Shown here: one piece after another, positions 26,776 through 39,843 of the stretch
Layout: each line of letters opens with the position of its first letter
Position numbering within the stretch: the first letter of the stretch is position 1
DNA from: Octopus sinensis
Lineage: Eukaryota
Direction of reading: 5' to 3'
DNA length: 64,000 bases
Assembly: GCF_006345805.1 (NCBI RefSeq)
Contig: NC_043005.1
Span: forward strand, 2,852,001-2,916,000
The notes under the pieces: model-generated
What the model saw: the letters and a program-made list of their open reading frames with translations, nothing else
Told to the model about the DNA's origin: nothing
Database searches by the model: none
Position numbers and translations under genes: made by a program

Positions 26776-27270
26776 TATATATACACACACACATTATGCA
26801 TAGATGTGTATTCTATAAAATATAACAATATAAAATGACATGACGCTGTGACGACAATGATACACCTGATACGTTATACACCTTATTTTGAAACAGGTGG
26901 TGGCGGCGATGGCGGAGTCGTCGCCGACGGCGGCAGTGATGGTGGTGGAGGTGGTTGTGGTGGTGGTTTGTGTTGTCTGGTTAGTCTAACGATGCCCCCG
27001 GCCGAAGAAACCTTTTACAATGATTAATATACCGTCCAGGGGTCAAGTAAGGTGACGTGTCAGGGACCTGGCATGTGTCGGTAGCTGAGCGGGGAGGGCG
27101 TAGAAGGCTGACCAAATCCTACTTCTATCCCTCCCCGTCCCCTTCCCACACCCCACGCTAATTGGTCGGTGTCAATTATTTCTCCTGGGATCGCAGAAAC
27201 TAATAAACACAAAATGAAAGACTCACAACCGTGATTTCGGTGGTAATGGTGTTGTCGGCGGGGGTATGTG

Positions 27271-27324
<54 letters not shown>

Positions 27325-27989
27325 GTATTCGTGTATTTGCATGTGTGTGTGTTTCTCAGGTGATGTTGATTGGGGCTAAATTGCTGTTATGTTATTATTT
27401 AGCCCCAGGTTAGACCTCATCTTGCAGACCAATGACTAAATGGGTTCCAGTTGTGACTACCCCTGTCAAGGTGTATCTGGGACCATATTCAAAGAATTCT
27501 CCCGTTTGTAATATGTTAGAGTTTTTAGCATGTTAGGCGACCACCACTGATGCTACGCTTTCCATTGTTCTCAAACAATGCTCACCAGAGCTTGATCCTA
27601 CCTTTAGCCCACCCCGTATCTCCTCATCAGCATAAAACATATCCCAACACGTAACACAGTGTCCCACTACTTTTAGCCATCCAGTGTTGTTATCGTTGGC
27701 AACAGCAAACATTGGACAGTTTCTGGTTCGAATATCGACCAAAAAGTTGTCCCTCAATGAACTCCACCTGTCTCTTGGAACATTCTTTAAATACAAGGAC
27801 AAAATAAACATTAATCCAATCTTAAAACATTGATGTAATAAGTCAAACATTTTTTGGTTTAGTTTCCAAATAACTGGAAACATTCCTTTCGACTTCCATT
27901 TCAAATTCGAAGATTTCACTATGATCTTAATACTTTTTTTTACCGATTGTCTTGACCAGAAAGTTCAAAGAGCAATGACGATGGAAATA

Positions 27990-28243
27990 TTACTTACACT
28001 TGACGGATATTTGTCCTCATCTTGTTTTCCGGTTGTAATGGATCCTTTCACGGACGACGGCATGTCCTGCCCTTTCTGCTACTCCCCTCGCTTTATATGA
28101 ATCTACTGGTGTCATTATATTCAAGCAAGATGGTATTAGCTTTGAGTCTCTACAGCTACACAAACAAGATGAGGACAAATATCCGTTAAATGTAAATAAT
28201 GTAAATGATGTTCATAATTCCTCATCTCTTAAATATAGAACTG
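27990..28243 (+). mobile_element. Truncated copy of the hammerhead SINE/PLE end, with inverted 5' segment and captured filler
   Basis: Ends in AGAACTG like the copy ending at 36957; TSD ATGACGATGGAAATA (27975-27989) / ATGACAATGGAAATA (28245-28259). Confidence 0.8.
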
Positions 28244-28365
28244 TATGACAATGGAAATACTTAGAGAAAAGAAACCACAACGAAGATACATTTCGTCGAC
28301 GAGCCAATGGTTCTTCCAAAGTAGAAGAAAGAAGAGGACCCGCCATGTTAACAATTCGACTCAGA

Positions 28366-28535
28366 GGCGCAGGAGTGGATGTGTGGTAAGTATGATTTCT
28401 GGGTTCAGTCCCACTGCGTGGCACCTTGGGCTAGTGTTTTCTACGATAGCCTCGGTCTTACCAAAACCTTGTGAGTGGATTTGGTAGACGGAAACTGAAA
28501 GAAGCTCGTCGTGTATATATATATATATAATATAT

Positions 28536-28581
<46 letters not shown>

Positions 28582-28863
28582 ATATAGTGAATTGAAGAAA
28601 TGGAGTTGAACGAAGATTGAACAGAAATCCTTTTATTAATAAAAGGATTTCTGTTCAATCTTCGTTCAACTCCATTTCTTCAATTCACTAATAATATTAA
28701 AATTCAATTATCCGCACCAACGCACGGTTGCAACACCATATGGTTGTACCTCCAACCGTGCTTTCTTCTGCTGTGGTTTTTGCTACCAAGGTATCGGTTA
28801 AACTTTTGATTAATCTGCAACAAGATTATTCATCTTTCTATTTCACCAATATATATATAGATA

Positions 28864-28894
<31 letters not shown>

Positions 28895-28938
28895 TAATAT
28901 ATATATATATATATTATATATATATATATATTTATTTA

Positions 28939-29024
<86 letters not shown>

Positions 29025-29031
29025 ATATATA

Positions 29032-29065
<34 letters not shown>

Positions 29066-29281
29066 AGCGTATATGTGTGTTTGTGTGTGTGTGGGGGGGG
29101 TCTGTATTTGTTCCCCATCATCGCTTGACAACCGATGCTGGTATGTTTACGTCCCGTAACTTAGCGGTTCGGCAAAAGTGACCGATAGAATAAGTACTAG
29201 GCTTACAAAGAATAAGTCCTAAAGGCGGTGCTCAAGCATGGCCGCAGTCAGATGACTTAAACAAACAAAAGAAAAAGAAAG
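28366..29281 (+). mobile_element. SINE family A copy interrupted inside its (TA)n
   Basis: Head 28366-28512, tail 29100-29281. Confidence 0.8.
28585..28690. repeat. Perfect 106-bp palindrome (53-bp arms, no loop)
   Basis: TAGTGAATTG...CTTTTATT|AATAAAAG...CAATTCACTA. Confidence 0.9.
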
Positions 29282-29359
29282 AGTCGGCACCAGACCAAAG
29301 ATAACAGAAATATTTAATGCAAGATGGAATGGCGTCCTTGTGGAAATCCAAAATACTCG

Positions 29360-29665
29360 TGAAGCCCGTGGCCAAGTGGTTACGGTGGTAATTGTGGTTA
29401 ACCTCATCAGTTGGATTTCCAACGGCGCCTTATATCCTTCAGCAAGACATTTCACGTTCGCCCACTCAACTGGCAAAAATGAGAAGTCCCTGTTTTTCAA
29501 AAGACCGGCTTTGTCAAATTCTACGCCACGTTGAATCTCCCTGAGAATTACGTAAAGGGATACGCATGTCTGTGGAGTGCTCAGCCACTTTCACATTAAC
29601 TTCACGAGCAGGCAGTTTCGTTCATCGGATCAACTTGAATCCTCGTCGCCACCGACGGAGTGCCA
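29360..29665 (+). mobile_element. SINE family C copy (degenerate)
   Basis: Matches 25582-25940. Confidence 0.65.
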
Positions 29666-29918
29666 CAAGATACTCTCAAACGTAACAATATTTCTCTAAG
29701 CTGTTTAAGGTTATGCAAAGTGGCCCTTTCCTTGAACTTTTTAAGCGAACATTTGATATTGATGTGAAATTCTGGATAGCCAGCCGCCTCTTCCCTCATG
29801 CGTTCCTTTAATAAAAGACTGAGTTTTAGTCGTCAGTCCTTACTTTTAAGAAACCCACTTTTTCTTTCAACAACTATCACGTTTTGTTGGGGTTTTTTTG
29901 TGAGGTGTGGTTATATAA

Positions 29919-29974
<56 letters not shown>

Positions 29975-30666
29975 TAGGGAAAAGGCAGAAAGAGAGAGAG
30001 AGAAAGAGTGAGAGAGAAACAGAAGGAAGAGAAAGAGTGAAATGGCTAACGGAAAGAGATAGAAAGTAGGGAAAGAGCTGGACAATGGAGGAGCAAAATG
30101 GTGTCCAGGAAGCTTTGTCACGTGATCAATGTGTCAATGGGTAACCAGATCGTATCAACAAAACGAGGGACCCAAAGTTGATTTACCAAAATATTTTGGG
30201 TCGAGTTTCTTAATCACCGCCGCCCCACCTCTCATTACGTCCGTTTTTGTGGTGATGGTGGTGGTGGTGATGGTGGTGATTTGCAAACAACGGGAGAAGG
30301 AGAGAGAAGTCGGAGGTGGGGAGGTTATACAAATAAAGATCCCTAATTATGATATCGCGGTTGATCTGTCAAACAAAAGAGCGAGGAAGAAAGATGGCGG
30401 AGCGGGGGAGGGAGGGGAGGGGAGACATCGTTTGACACAGACACCAATCTCACACACACACACACATACAAATATACACACATATACCCACAGCCACACG
30501 CGTGCATATGCACACACACACACACACACACACATGTATATATGTGTATATGTGTGCATGAATGTATGTATAAAGGGTCCGCAGTGGCGTACAAATTTCT
30601 ATATTGATACACACACACACATACACACACATATATATATATATATATATGAATTATATATATATA

Positions 30667-30703
<37 letters not shown>

Positions 30704-30760
30704 ATACATACATATATATATACATAGGCATACATATATATATATATACATGTGTGTATA

Positions 30761-30791
<31 letters not shown>

Positions 30792-30794
30792 CTA

Positions 30795-31856
30795 CTAGCA
30801 GAGATACCCGGTGTTGCCCGGTTATATTCAATTGAAGAATTAGACTTTTCTGTTATATTTTCTGAATGAACTGGAATATCTCTGTTTCGAATTTCATCAA
30901 AATTGCAGATGAGGGTTATTTCCCTCTTTACACACCCTAAAAAAATTGTAATCGTGCCACATGGAAACCAAAAGACGAATGATCACAATAAGCAGTCAGT
31001 TACCCTACCCTAGTCGTTACCACTCCCAATGTAGGATTCCTCACCATCCAGGTGACAGGCACAGCCGTAAGATGCATTACGAATCTATAGCAATTGGAAG
31101 GGCGTGACCCAACTGAAATCAACATTAACAACTGTGTGACGTGAGGGCTTAGGAGAAATTAAAGTGTCACCTCTGGAGTTTGCAAATGACCACTATACTG
31201 ATACGTAACTGGACAGAATGAATTTAAAATCTATAAATGTCTTTGAATAACCAGTCACTCATCTGGGAAGGCCTTGTAATCAATGTTACCATCTGGGGAC
31301 TATGTGTGACCGAGTGATAATAAAAACACTGAAAGGAGGTCTGCAATCAAATAACTTTACTCAACACTTTGCAACTGAATCAGTGGAGGCAAAGATGCCT
31401 CTCATTTACTTAACAATTTATGCACCACATGGCAGAAATCACAATATAAGTGTATGTCAAAGCAAACTGTTACACTGTTATACCATTGAATTAGAAATAA
31501 TGCCCAACTTTTATGCTCGGGTAACCCCACAGCTTCCAAGAGCACAACTGTATTCGTTTTTGCTTAGATAAAATGACAAAATTGTGGGTGTTAAGTCCCC
31601 ATGGAGGGGTCTTTCTAACTTTGTAAGAAGATGAAATTTTATGAATATTACTTCATTTGTGTCTAATATCTATGGTTAAAATTTCATCAACAGCAAAAAT
31701 ATATGAATTGTCATGGGGGTTATGGCCCTTATGCTTAGAATATAATTTCCAAATTTCATAAAGATCCATTCAGTACTTATGACCTAGTTTTGGATCATAA
31801 AAGAAATGACTAAAATTTGGGAGTTAAGGCTCCCATTAGGGTGTTATATATATATA

Positions 31857-31898
<42 letters not shown>

Positions 31899-34800
31899 TT
31901 ATCTAGTTTCAGCTCACGAGCTGTGGCCATGCTGGGGCACCGCCATTTGGTGTTGCTACATGATTTTACTTCACGAATGCTTTTTAGCAATTGCCATTTG
32001 GTGCATGAGAGAGTTCGATGCAGCTGCCCTCATCTGCACCTCCTGCCGTGAAGTTGGTTCATCTGGGACACCTGACAGGAAGAGATCCAGTTTTATTTTA
32101 AAGACATCTGCATCCACTCCATGCAGGTCTCTCAGGTTCTTCGGGAGGATTTTGAAGAGCTGTGGGCCTCTGAAGCCCAGGCTATCACAGTATCTTGTCC
32201 TACATCTTGATGGCAAATTTGGAGTCCTTGGCACCACGCAGTGGCGCCTAGTTCTAGCATTTGTGTAACTCTCGATGCCAAAGTTTGGGACAAGTCCCTC
32301 CAGGTGTATATTATGGCATATCTTTCTCGCCTACGCTCTAAGGAATAGAGTCTTAATCTCTTGAGTCTTTCCCAATAGCTTATATGCTGCACAGAGGCTA
32401 TCTTCTTCGTGTAGCTTCGTTGGATCGCCTCAAGTTCTGTGATTAACTTGACACTGGATGGTGACCATAGCTGAGAGCAATAGTCAAAGTGGCTTAGGAC
32501 AAGTGTCCTCCAGAGGACCATCATGGTTTCCTGGTCTCTTGTTCTAAAGGTTCTAAGAATCCATCCGGTCAGCCGCCTACATTTCATTGCAACATGTACA
32601 TGAAAGGTTGCATCATCACTCATGTAAATACCCAGGTCTCGCACTGATTGTGCCTCTGGGATTGCAATCCCCCAGGTCCAGTGTATTTATTGGGTATTGC
32701 ATTTAGTTTTGCATGCTGATAGCATAAAGCTTGAAACTTTTCAGCATTGAACTGCATGCTATTCTTTTCAGCCCACTTGTATATTTTGTCCAGCTCACAT
32801 TGCAGGTGCTTAGTGTCTTCAGGGTTCTGTATTACCTGTGAAACTTTTGTATCATCTGCATAACTTGTGATCGTGGCTCTCTGCGTGACTGAGGGCATGT
32901 CTGAGAGGGCCATTATGAACAGTAGTGGTCCCAAAACAGTGCCCTGCGGAACACCGCTCACCATTTACGTGTTAATGGAAGTGGCCCCATTGGCTACTTT
33001 CACCTGACTTCTATCCTTCAGAAAGTCATGAAGCCATTCTCCCAATTTTCCAACTATGCCAAGTCGAGATATATGACTTCTACATTTGAGTGGTCGAGCA
33101 GTCGTTTCAGCACCCAGTCATAGTGTTGTAGGAGCTGAGTTAAGCAGCTTCTTCCTGGTCGGAAACCATGTTGGGTGTCAGACAGCAAGTCATTTTCTTC
33201 AAGGAAGGTGATTAGTTTCCTTCTGACTATTCATTCCATGACCTTGCTGATGTGTGAGGTCAGAGAGATAGGTCTGTAGTTCTTGGCCTCCGCTCTGCTA
33301 CCTCCTTTATGAATAGGGCATATTTTACCTTCCTTCGGTTTTCTTGGAAGTTTGCCAGTTGCAAGGAAGCTCTGAAAGAGGTACTGCAGTGGTCTTGCTA
33401 GGACTCTCTTACATACTTTTAGAAGGATTGCTGGGAATCCATCTGGGCCAGTAGCTGAGTTTGTTTTCATTTCATCTATAGCCTTTATTACATCGTCTTC
33501 CTTTATATTGATGTAATCAATCATCGCTGCCTCTGATTTTATATCTGCAGTGGTAAAGAAGTCAGTTGGATTGCTGACTTGAAAATGCCCTAGGGGTGGA
33601 GTGAAAATATACTTGAATTGCTCATTTAGTATTTCACTTATCCTCATTGGATTCCTGTGAGTGTGCCATCCTTTTCAAGGAGTGGCCCTATCCTACAGAG
33701 CACCGTAGCTGTTTCTTTGGCATACCTGTAGAAAGCTGGGGTTAGATTTTATGTTGTCTATAGTCCAGGCTTCTTTGTCTGCTCTTTCTTTTTCATGGGA
33801 GAGTTGCAGACATTTTTCAATTTCCAACAGTTTTATTTTCAGGCGGGACTTTTCACTGCTTTCAATTTGTTTGTTTAGGCGATTTGAAACTTTTGTACGC
33901 CGTCTCATTAGAATTTTCCTCTCTCTCTGGGGATTTTGTTCTTGTGTACAGTGGCCTTTCTCTCTGGGACACATTTGTAGCATATGGCTTGCATTACAGA
34001 CATGAATTGTTGAAGTTTCATGTCGATGTCTGGTGAGGAGAGACATTCAGGCCAGTTTTGTTTGAGGATCTTTTTCTCAATTTGTTTCCAGTTTGTCTTA
34101 TGGAAGTTCAAGCTGGAAAGATTCTGAGAGTTTCTTGTAGGCTGCATGTCCATGCTTTCCTTTGACCCGTACATGGTCAGCTCTACCATGTTGTGATCCG
34201 AGAGTAATGTCGGTGTCACTTTCACATTATGGATGAGATCCATATTATTTGTGAAGCAGAGATCCAGTATGTTACCTGCCCTGGTTGGTTGGAGTATTAC
34301 TTGCTCCATGTACAGAGTGTTGATAAGATTCAGGAGGGACCTCGCCTGTCCTCGTTCACATCGTGTCATTCCTGGGAGAGAAAGGCCCTCGGGCCATCTG
34401 ACATTGGGTAGATTGAAGTCTCCCACAAGAAGTACACTTATGTGTTGTTCTGATGTGACTAGAACTTCTTCTATTTTTATAAGGCAGTCTTCAAACTTGC
34501 CTACATGGCCTGGGGCATCTGGAGGGCGATATGTAGCACATATAACTACACCAAGTTACCTTATATGTACAATTAGTGTGTCACACACCGAATTTGAGTA
34601 TGACAAAAGGACCTGGGGTGTGAGGTCCTCGCGGATGTACATAGCAACTCCTCCATGACTCCTTTCTTTTCTGTCGGTCCGTAGTACAACATACTGTGGT
34701 ATGTGTATTTCCGCATCTGCTATGTCCGGTTTCAGGTGTGTTTCCGTAAGTGCTATGCATAAGGCTTGATTGCATGCAACAAAGTCTCTCAAGAACGGGA

Positions 34801-35046
34801 TTTTTGTCCTGTTACTGAGTGTTAGCAGTCCTCTGATGTTCAGTAGGAGCATCGAGGTGATGTGTACTGTTGCCGGTGGTGTCCACCTTGGGTCTATTTG
34901 CTGTGGCGGTCTTGTGTATTGTGGATAGTCCCATCTGCGAGTTTGAGTTTGATGGAGCCAGGTTAGCTGTGTAAAATTTGAATGAACTTGGTTGTGTAGT
35001 TCTCAAATTTTCGGGAAACAGACAGACAGACACACATTTTCAGTTT

Positions 35047-35050
<4 letters not shown>
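30795..35050 (-). mobile_element. Non-autonomous Helitron split by a LINE (pieces 30795-31845 and 34961-35050)
   Basis: CTAG plus CCGG..CCGG hairpin at 30795; (ACAG)n and TA-rich end like the 18025 element; junctions rejoin at GTTA. Confidence 0.5.
31846..34960 (-). mobile_element. Decayed CR1/L2-group LINE (APE + RT)
   Basis: LNIRGL, LTETHL, GGVAMY, GDFNLP, SDHN, NYRPISLTS, GVPQGTVLGP, YADD, LERRRERY; several frameshifts; (TA)n tail. Confidence 0.9.
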
Positions 35051-35135
<85 letters not shown>

Positions 35136-36477
35136 TAACATATATATTATACATGTATATATAGCATACATACATATACATTTGTCTCTCCCTCTCTTTC
35201 TCTCTCTTTCTCGCTCTCTCACTGCTTGTATCATGTATACACCCTCTCACACACACACTCAATTAACCTCCGAAAACAAACTCATTTCACTCTCCTTATC
35301 CAATCGTTAAAAGGAAAAATGGTGGCCGAGGCGTGGTATATTACGGTGCTGCAGCATGACCACCGACGACACTGGCACTGAGGTGGTGGGGGAGAGGTGA
35401 GAGTGTTGACACAAGCTGACAAAGACGCTGATTGAGTCGGTACATCTCATGTAACGAGGTGAGACTAATTGAGCAACGGACGACAGGCGGGGAAGAGGAG
35501 ACGTGTGGGGGGGGGGGAGTGGGAGGAGAAAGGGAGAGAGGGGAAGAAGAGGTAAGAGAGAGAGGGAAAGACAGGGAGAACAGATGGGGAGAGAGAAAGT
35601 GAAGAGACATGAGGGAGGAGTGGGAGAGAGAGAGAAATGAAGATGTAACAAAGAGATGGAAAGATGGGAAGAACAGAGAGAGAAAGAGAGTGGGAGAGAG
35701 ATGTGAGAAGGGAATGAGAGGGAGAGATATGGCGAAGTAGTTGGAGGTAAAGCAGAAATAGAGAGGAGTGGTAAGAGGGGGAGAGAGGATTGGGAGAAGG
35801 ACGAAGGGGGAGAGGAGGATGCGAAGTGTCAGGCCAGGAAGTAAGGAGGTAAAGAGAGGGAGAGGGAGTGAGAGAGGTAGAATGGGAGGAGGCGGTGTCG
35901 TCTGCGAAGATCTCCAAATTTGAGACCCAAGAGGGACAATGGGATTGAGGACGGTGAGGGCTGCTTGTGTACTCATTTGATCAAATTAAACTTAGTTTGC
36001 CATTAATGATGTATTTGTTTATCATTTATGTCATTGGGGAGTAAATAAACGGGGTGTGTAGATAATGATAATAATAATGATAATTATAGTAATAAACCTT
36101 TCTACAATATACAGGAGGCATGAAATTTGTGGGGAGCGGGTATATCGATAAATAACATCGTCGTGGGGATGGTGGCGGCGGCGGCGGCGGCGGCGTATGT
36201 GTTGGTGGTGTGGTGGTGGTGGTGGTGGCAGTGGCAGACCTGGCGGCGGCGGTGATGGTGCTGCCAGCCTCAAATCATTCAGAAAGGAATTTATAGAGCA
36301 GAGAAAATGAAAGGTATCCCTGATGACAAGAAAATGGAATTCTAAGAACGAAGCAAATTGAAATTCAGCAATTTCAAAACGCCGGAGACAAACGAGTAAA
36401 GAATCTCGGAGCCTCTATCTCGACCTTTAAACCAAATTTACATTTGACGGATGTTTGTCCTCATCTTGTTTGTTGTT

Positions 36478-36523
36478 AACACAACGTTTCGGCTGATATA
36501 CCCTCCAGCCTTCATCAGGTGTG
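36478..36523 (-). ncRNA. Minimal type I hammerhead ribozyme (inverted copy)
   Basis: CACAC CTGATGA A GGCTG..CAGCC GAAACGTT GTGTT. Confidence 0.75.
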
Positions 36524-36612
36524 TTGGGGAAATTTCGAACTTGGGTTCTCATTCCTAAGGTATTTTTCGATGTTGTTGTTGTTGTTGCTATTATTATTAT
36601 TATTATTATTAT

Positions 36613-36665
<53 letters not shown>

Positions 36666-36683
36666 CTATTATTATATGATCAC

Positions 36684-36755
36684 GGGCATATGGCGTAGTG
36701 GTTAAGAGCGCGGGCTACTAACCCCAAGGTTCCGAGTTCGATTCCAGGCAGTGAC
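36684..36755 (+). promoter_or_regulatory. tRNA-derived Pol III internal promoter (SINE head)
   Basis: Box A TGGCGTAGTGG (36691-36701), box B GTTCGATTC (36736-36744), anticodon-like loop CTACTAA. Confidence 0.8.
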
Positions 36756-36830
36756 CTGAATAATAATAACAACAACAACAACATAGAAAAATACCTTAGG
36801 AATGAGAAAACACGTTCGAAATTTCCCCAA

Positions 36831-36876
36831 GACACCTGATGAAGGCTGGAGGGTATATCAGCCGAAACGTTGTGTT
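36831..36876 (+). ncRNA. Minimal type I hammerhead ribozyme
   Basis: Stem I GACAC/GTGTT, core CTGATGA+A, stem II GGCTG/CAGCC, GAAA, palindromic stem III ACGT, cleavage GUU after 36871. Confidence 0.8.
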
Positions 36877-37928
36877 AACAACAAACAAGATGAGGACAAA
36901 TATCCGTCAAATGTAAATAATGTACATAATTCCTCATCTCTTAAATATATAGAACTGCTTCAAACCAAAGACTTGTGAAATCTTTGCAAAATTTCATCAA
37001 AACCGACCGAGTTTACTTCGAGACCAAAAGATGTACAAAAGTCATTGTGAAAAATCATCGATTCATTTAAAATAAAAGAAATGGTAAACCTTTTAAAACA
37101 GATTATGACGAACATAAAACTTCATTCACGACCTACTGAGTTAGACGTGAGAAAATGTAACCGACCGGACTGTGGACTACACAACTATTTATAAGAAAGT
37201 TACAGGATTCCGTTTCAAAGATAGCCCTATGGTCAAAATTAAAAATAGTTTTCGCGCTGCACCGAAAAGTTAATATATATTTTAACGTGCAAATGTTGAA
37301 AATAATATATTGGTTAAACCTGCCTGACACCACTGTACAAGAGCGACAGTGCATCGTCAGCAAATTAGACAACCATACATAAAAAAATTCCCCTGAATCA
37401 ACATATAGAAAAGTGTGAGGGTCAAACCCTTGGAAATTTTATTATTTTCCCGTTTTAGCAGACTAATGTTTTAAAAACGGAACAACAACGAGTAAAGAAA
37501 TGTAATCTATAAACAAATATCATCCCAAATGAAATGAATTATTTTAATAGACATGCCTTTGTCACGTTTCCTGAGTAATTTAATTATATCCCTTGAAAAA
37601 ACTTCACGCCCCTTGATACTATCGTGTTTACAGTCAGGATCACGACGTCACAATCGTTATGGGCGAACATGTAACAGGTCTTGTTTTACCTTATTTCATA
37701 TTTGTTTAGAAACCATGTAAAAACGTTTAATGAAATTAGAGATAACATTTTCAAAATACACAATTAGCAAAAGATTTTATTCTGCTATAACATTCTATTC
37801 TTCTGAAGTGGTATATTTTCAAATTTCATAAAGAATTTTAGTGTATTTTTATACTTATGTGTGGTTGCTTGAGCGTGCGTGTGTATATGTGCATCTATAT
37901 GCTTCTGTTTATATGTATGTATATATAT

Positions 37929-38128
37929 AACTTATAAACAAGGGCAAGGAAAATTGTTTCTATGCCAATATGCTGATAACAGACTTTTAAATCGTCAATT
38001 TCCACATATTATTATATACCCACTACAGAAATACGGGTATATAATAATATGTGGAAATTGATGATTTAAAAGTCTGTTATTAGCATATTGGCATAGAAAT
38101 AATTTTCTCTTGCCCTTGTTTATAAGTT
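37929..38128. repeat. Inverted repeat with ~93-bp arms and a 13-nt loop
   Basis: AACTTATAAACAAGGGCAAG...ATACCC / GGGTAT...CTTGCCCTTGTTTATAAGTT. Confidence 0.85.
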
Positions 38129-38433
38129 GGTATAATTTTAATCTTTAAAGGTATTTTAATATGCTGCCACATTTTTATGAAATTTTTTCCGTAAAAAAAT
38201 TCATCCTATATTATTATTATTATTAGTATATTATATATATATATATAATATATATTACGTTTAAATATTTGTTGTGCAAGATTTTTTATGTGAAGTCGTG
38301 TGTTGAAACAAATATTGTTATATTTCGGAATGGTCATTTTGCCAGTTTAGCCAATAAAAACACACGCACTATATATTTGGTGTTACTTTGCTTCAGTGTA
38401 ATTTATTTTTTACATTAATCTTAATCTTATTTC

Positions 38434-38478
38434 GGCCAGAGTTCTTTCGTCACACTCCTGTGACCGCATCAGTGGTCC
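38434..38478 (-). ncRNA. Hammerhead ribozyme variant
   Basis: GGACCA CTGATGC G GTCACA GGAG TGTGAC GAAAG AA CTC TGGCC. Confidence 0.55.
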
Positions 38479-39157
38479 TTTGTTTTCTTCTCACTTATTT
38501 GTGTCTCTCCTTACTAACCGTCAGCCATTTTGTATTTCTATTGTATGTCTTCATTTGCGCATGCATATATCTCTATGTACGTTTATGTTTATTTAGTGTG
38601 TGTATGTGGGGGATGCCTGTAATATTTGTATCTTCTGTTTATATATGTTCATATATATATATATATAGGCGTGTTTATATCAGCGTTGACTGAGATCCGG
38701 TTAATTCGCAGAAAAATGCCTTACTGTATTTGTGTCCAACTGAATTATAAAGCTAATGCTCCCTCCGTATTTCGTATGCATACAGGAACAATGAAGCAAA
38801 CCCCAAACAAACTACTAGGATGCTATAATCAGCTAAAAAGAATCCCCTTAAGAATCCGACACGGTTGCAAGCCAATGACCAGAAACGAGTAAAAGTTAAA
38901 TAAAAGTACAATTCCCTAAATCATTATCTCCCTTGTCAACAACCTCTCTTCTACAAAGATGCTTTTGCTATATGAGGAGTGGTCGGTATTTAGTTTCGTC
39001 CCTTCTCGTTTGAAGTTAAATGCCGACAAAATCAATTTTGTCTTTGATTCCTCTAAGATCGATAGAATAAGGATCAACTGATGAGTTATAGACTAGGAAG
39101 CATTCAATCAGGTTTTATGGAGTAATCTTTATGGACTTTATTCAGTCGAATTTTTTA

Positions 39158-39843
<686 letters not shown>

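Larger units (their letters stand above)
36437..36957 (+). mobile_element. Composite insertion: inverted 3'-end copy plus tRNA-headed hammerhead SINE
   Basis: 36437-36585 is the reverse complement of 36770-36918; TSD CTTTAAACCAAA (36425-36436) / CTTCAAACCAAA (36958-36969). Confidence 0.85.

Noticed and set aside
27533-27919. 128-aa non-repetitive ORF
   Set aside because: No recognisable motif or splice support
36684-36755. Possible genuine tRNA gene (also 25582-25655)
   Set aside because: Acceptor stem does not pair and the sequence continues into a repeat body; it is a SINE head
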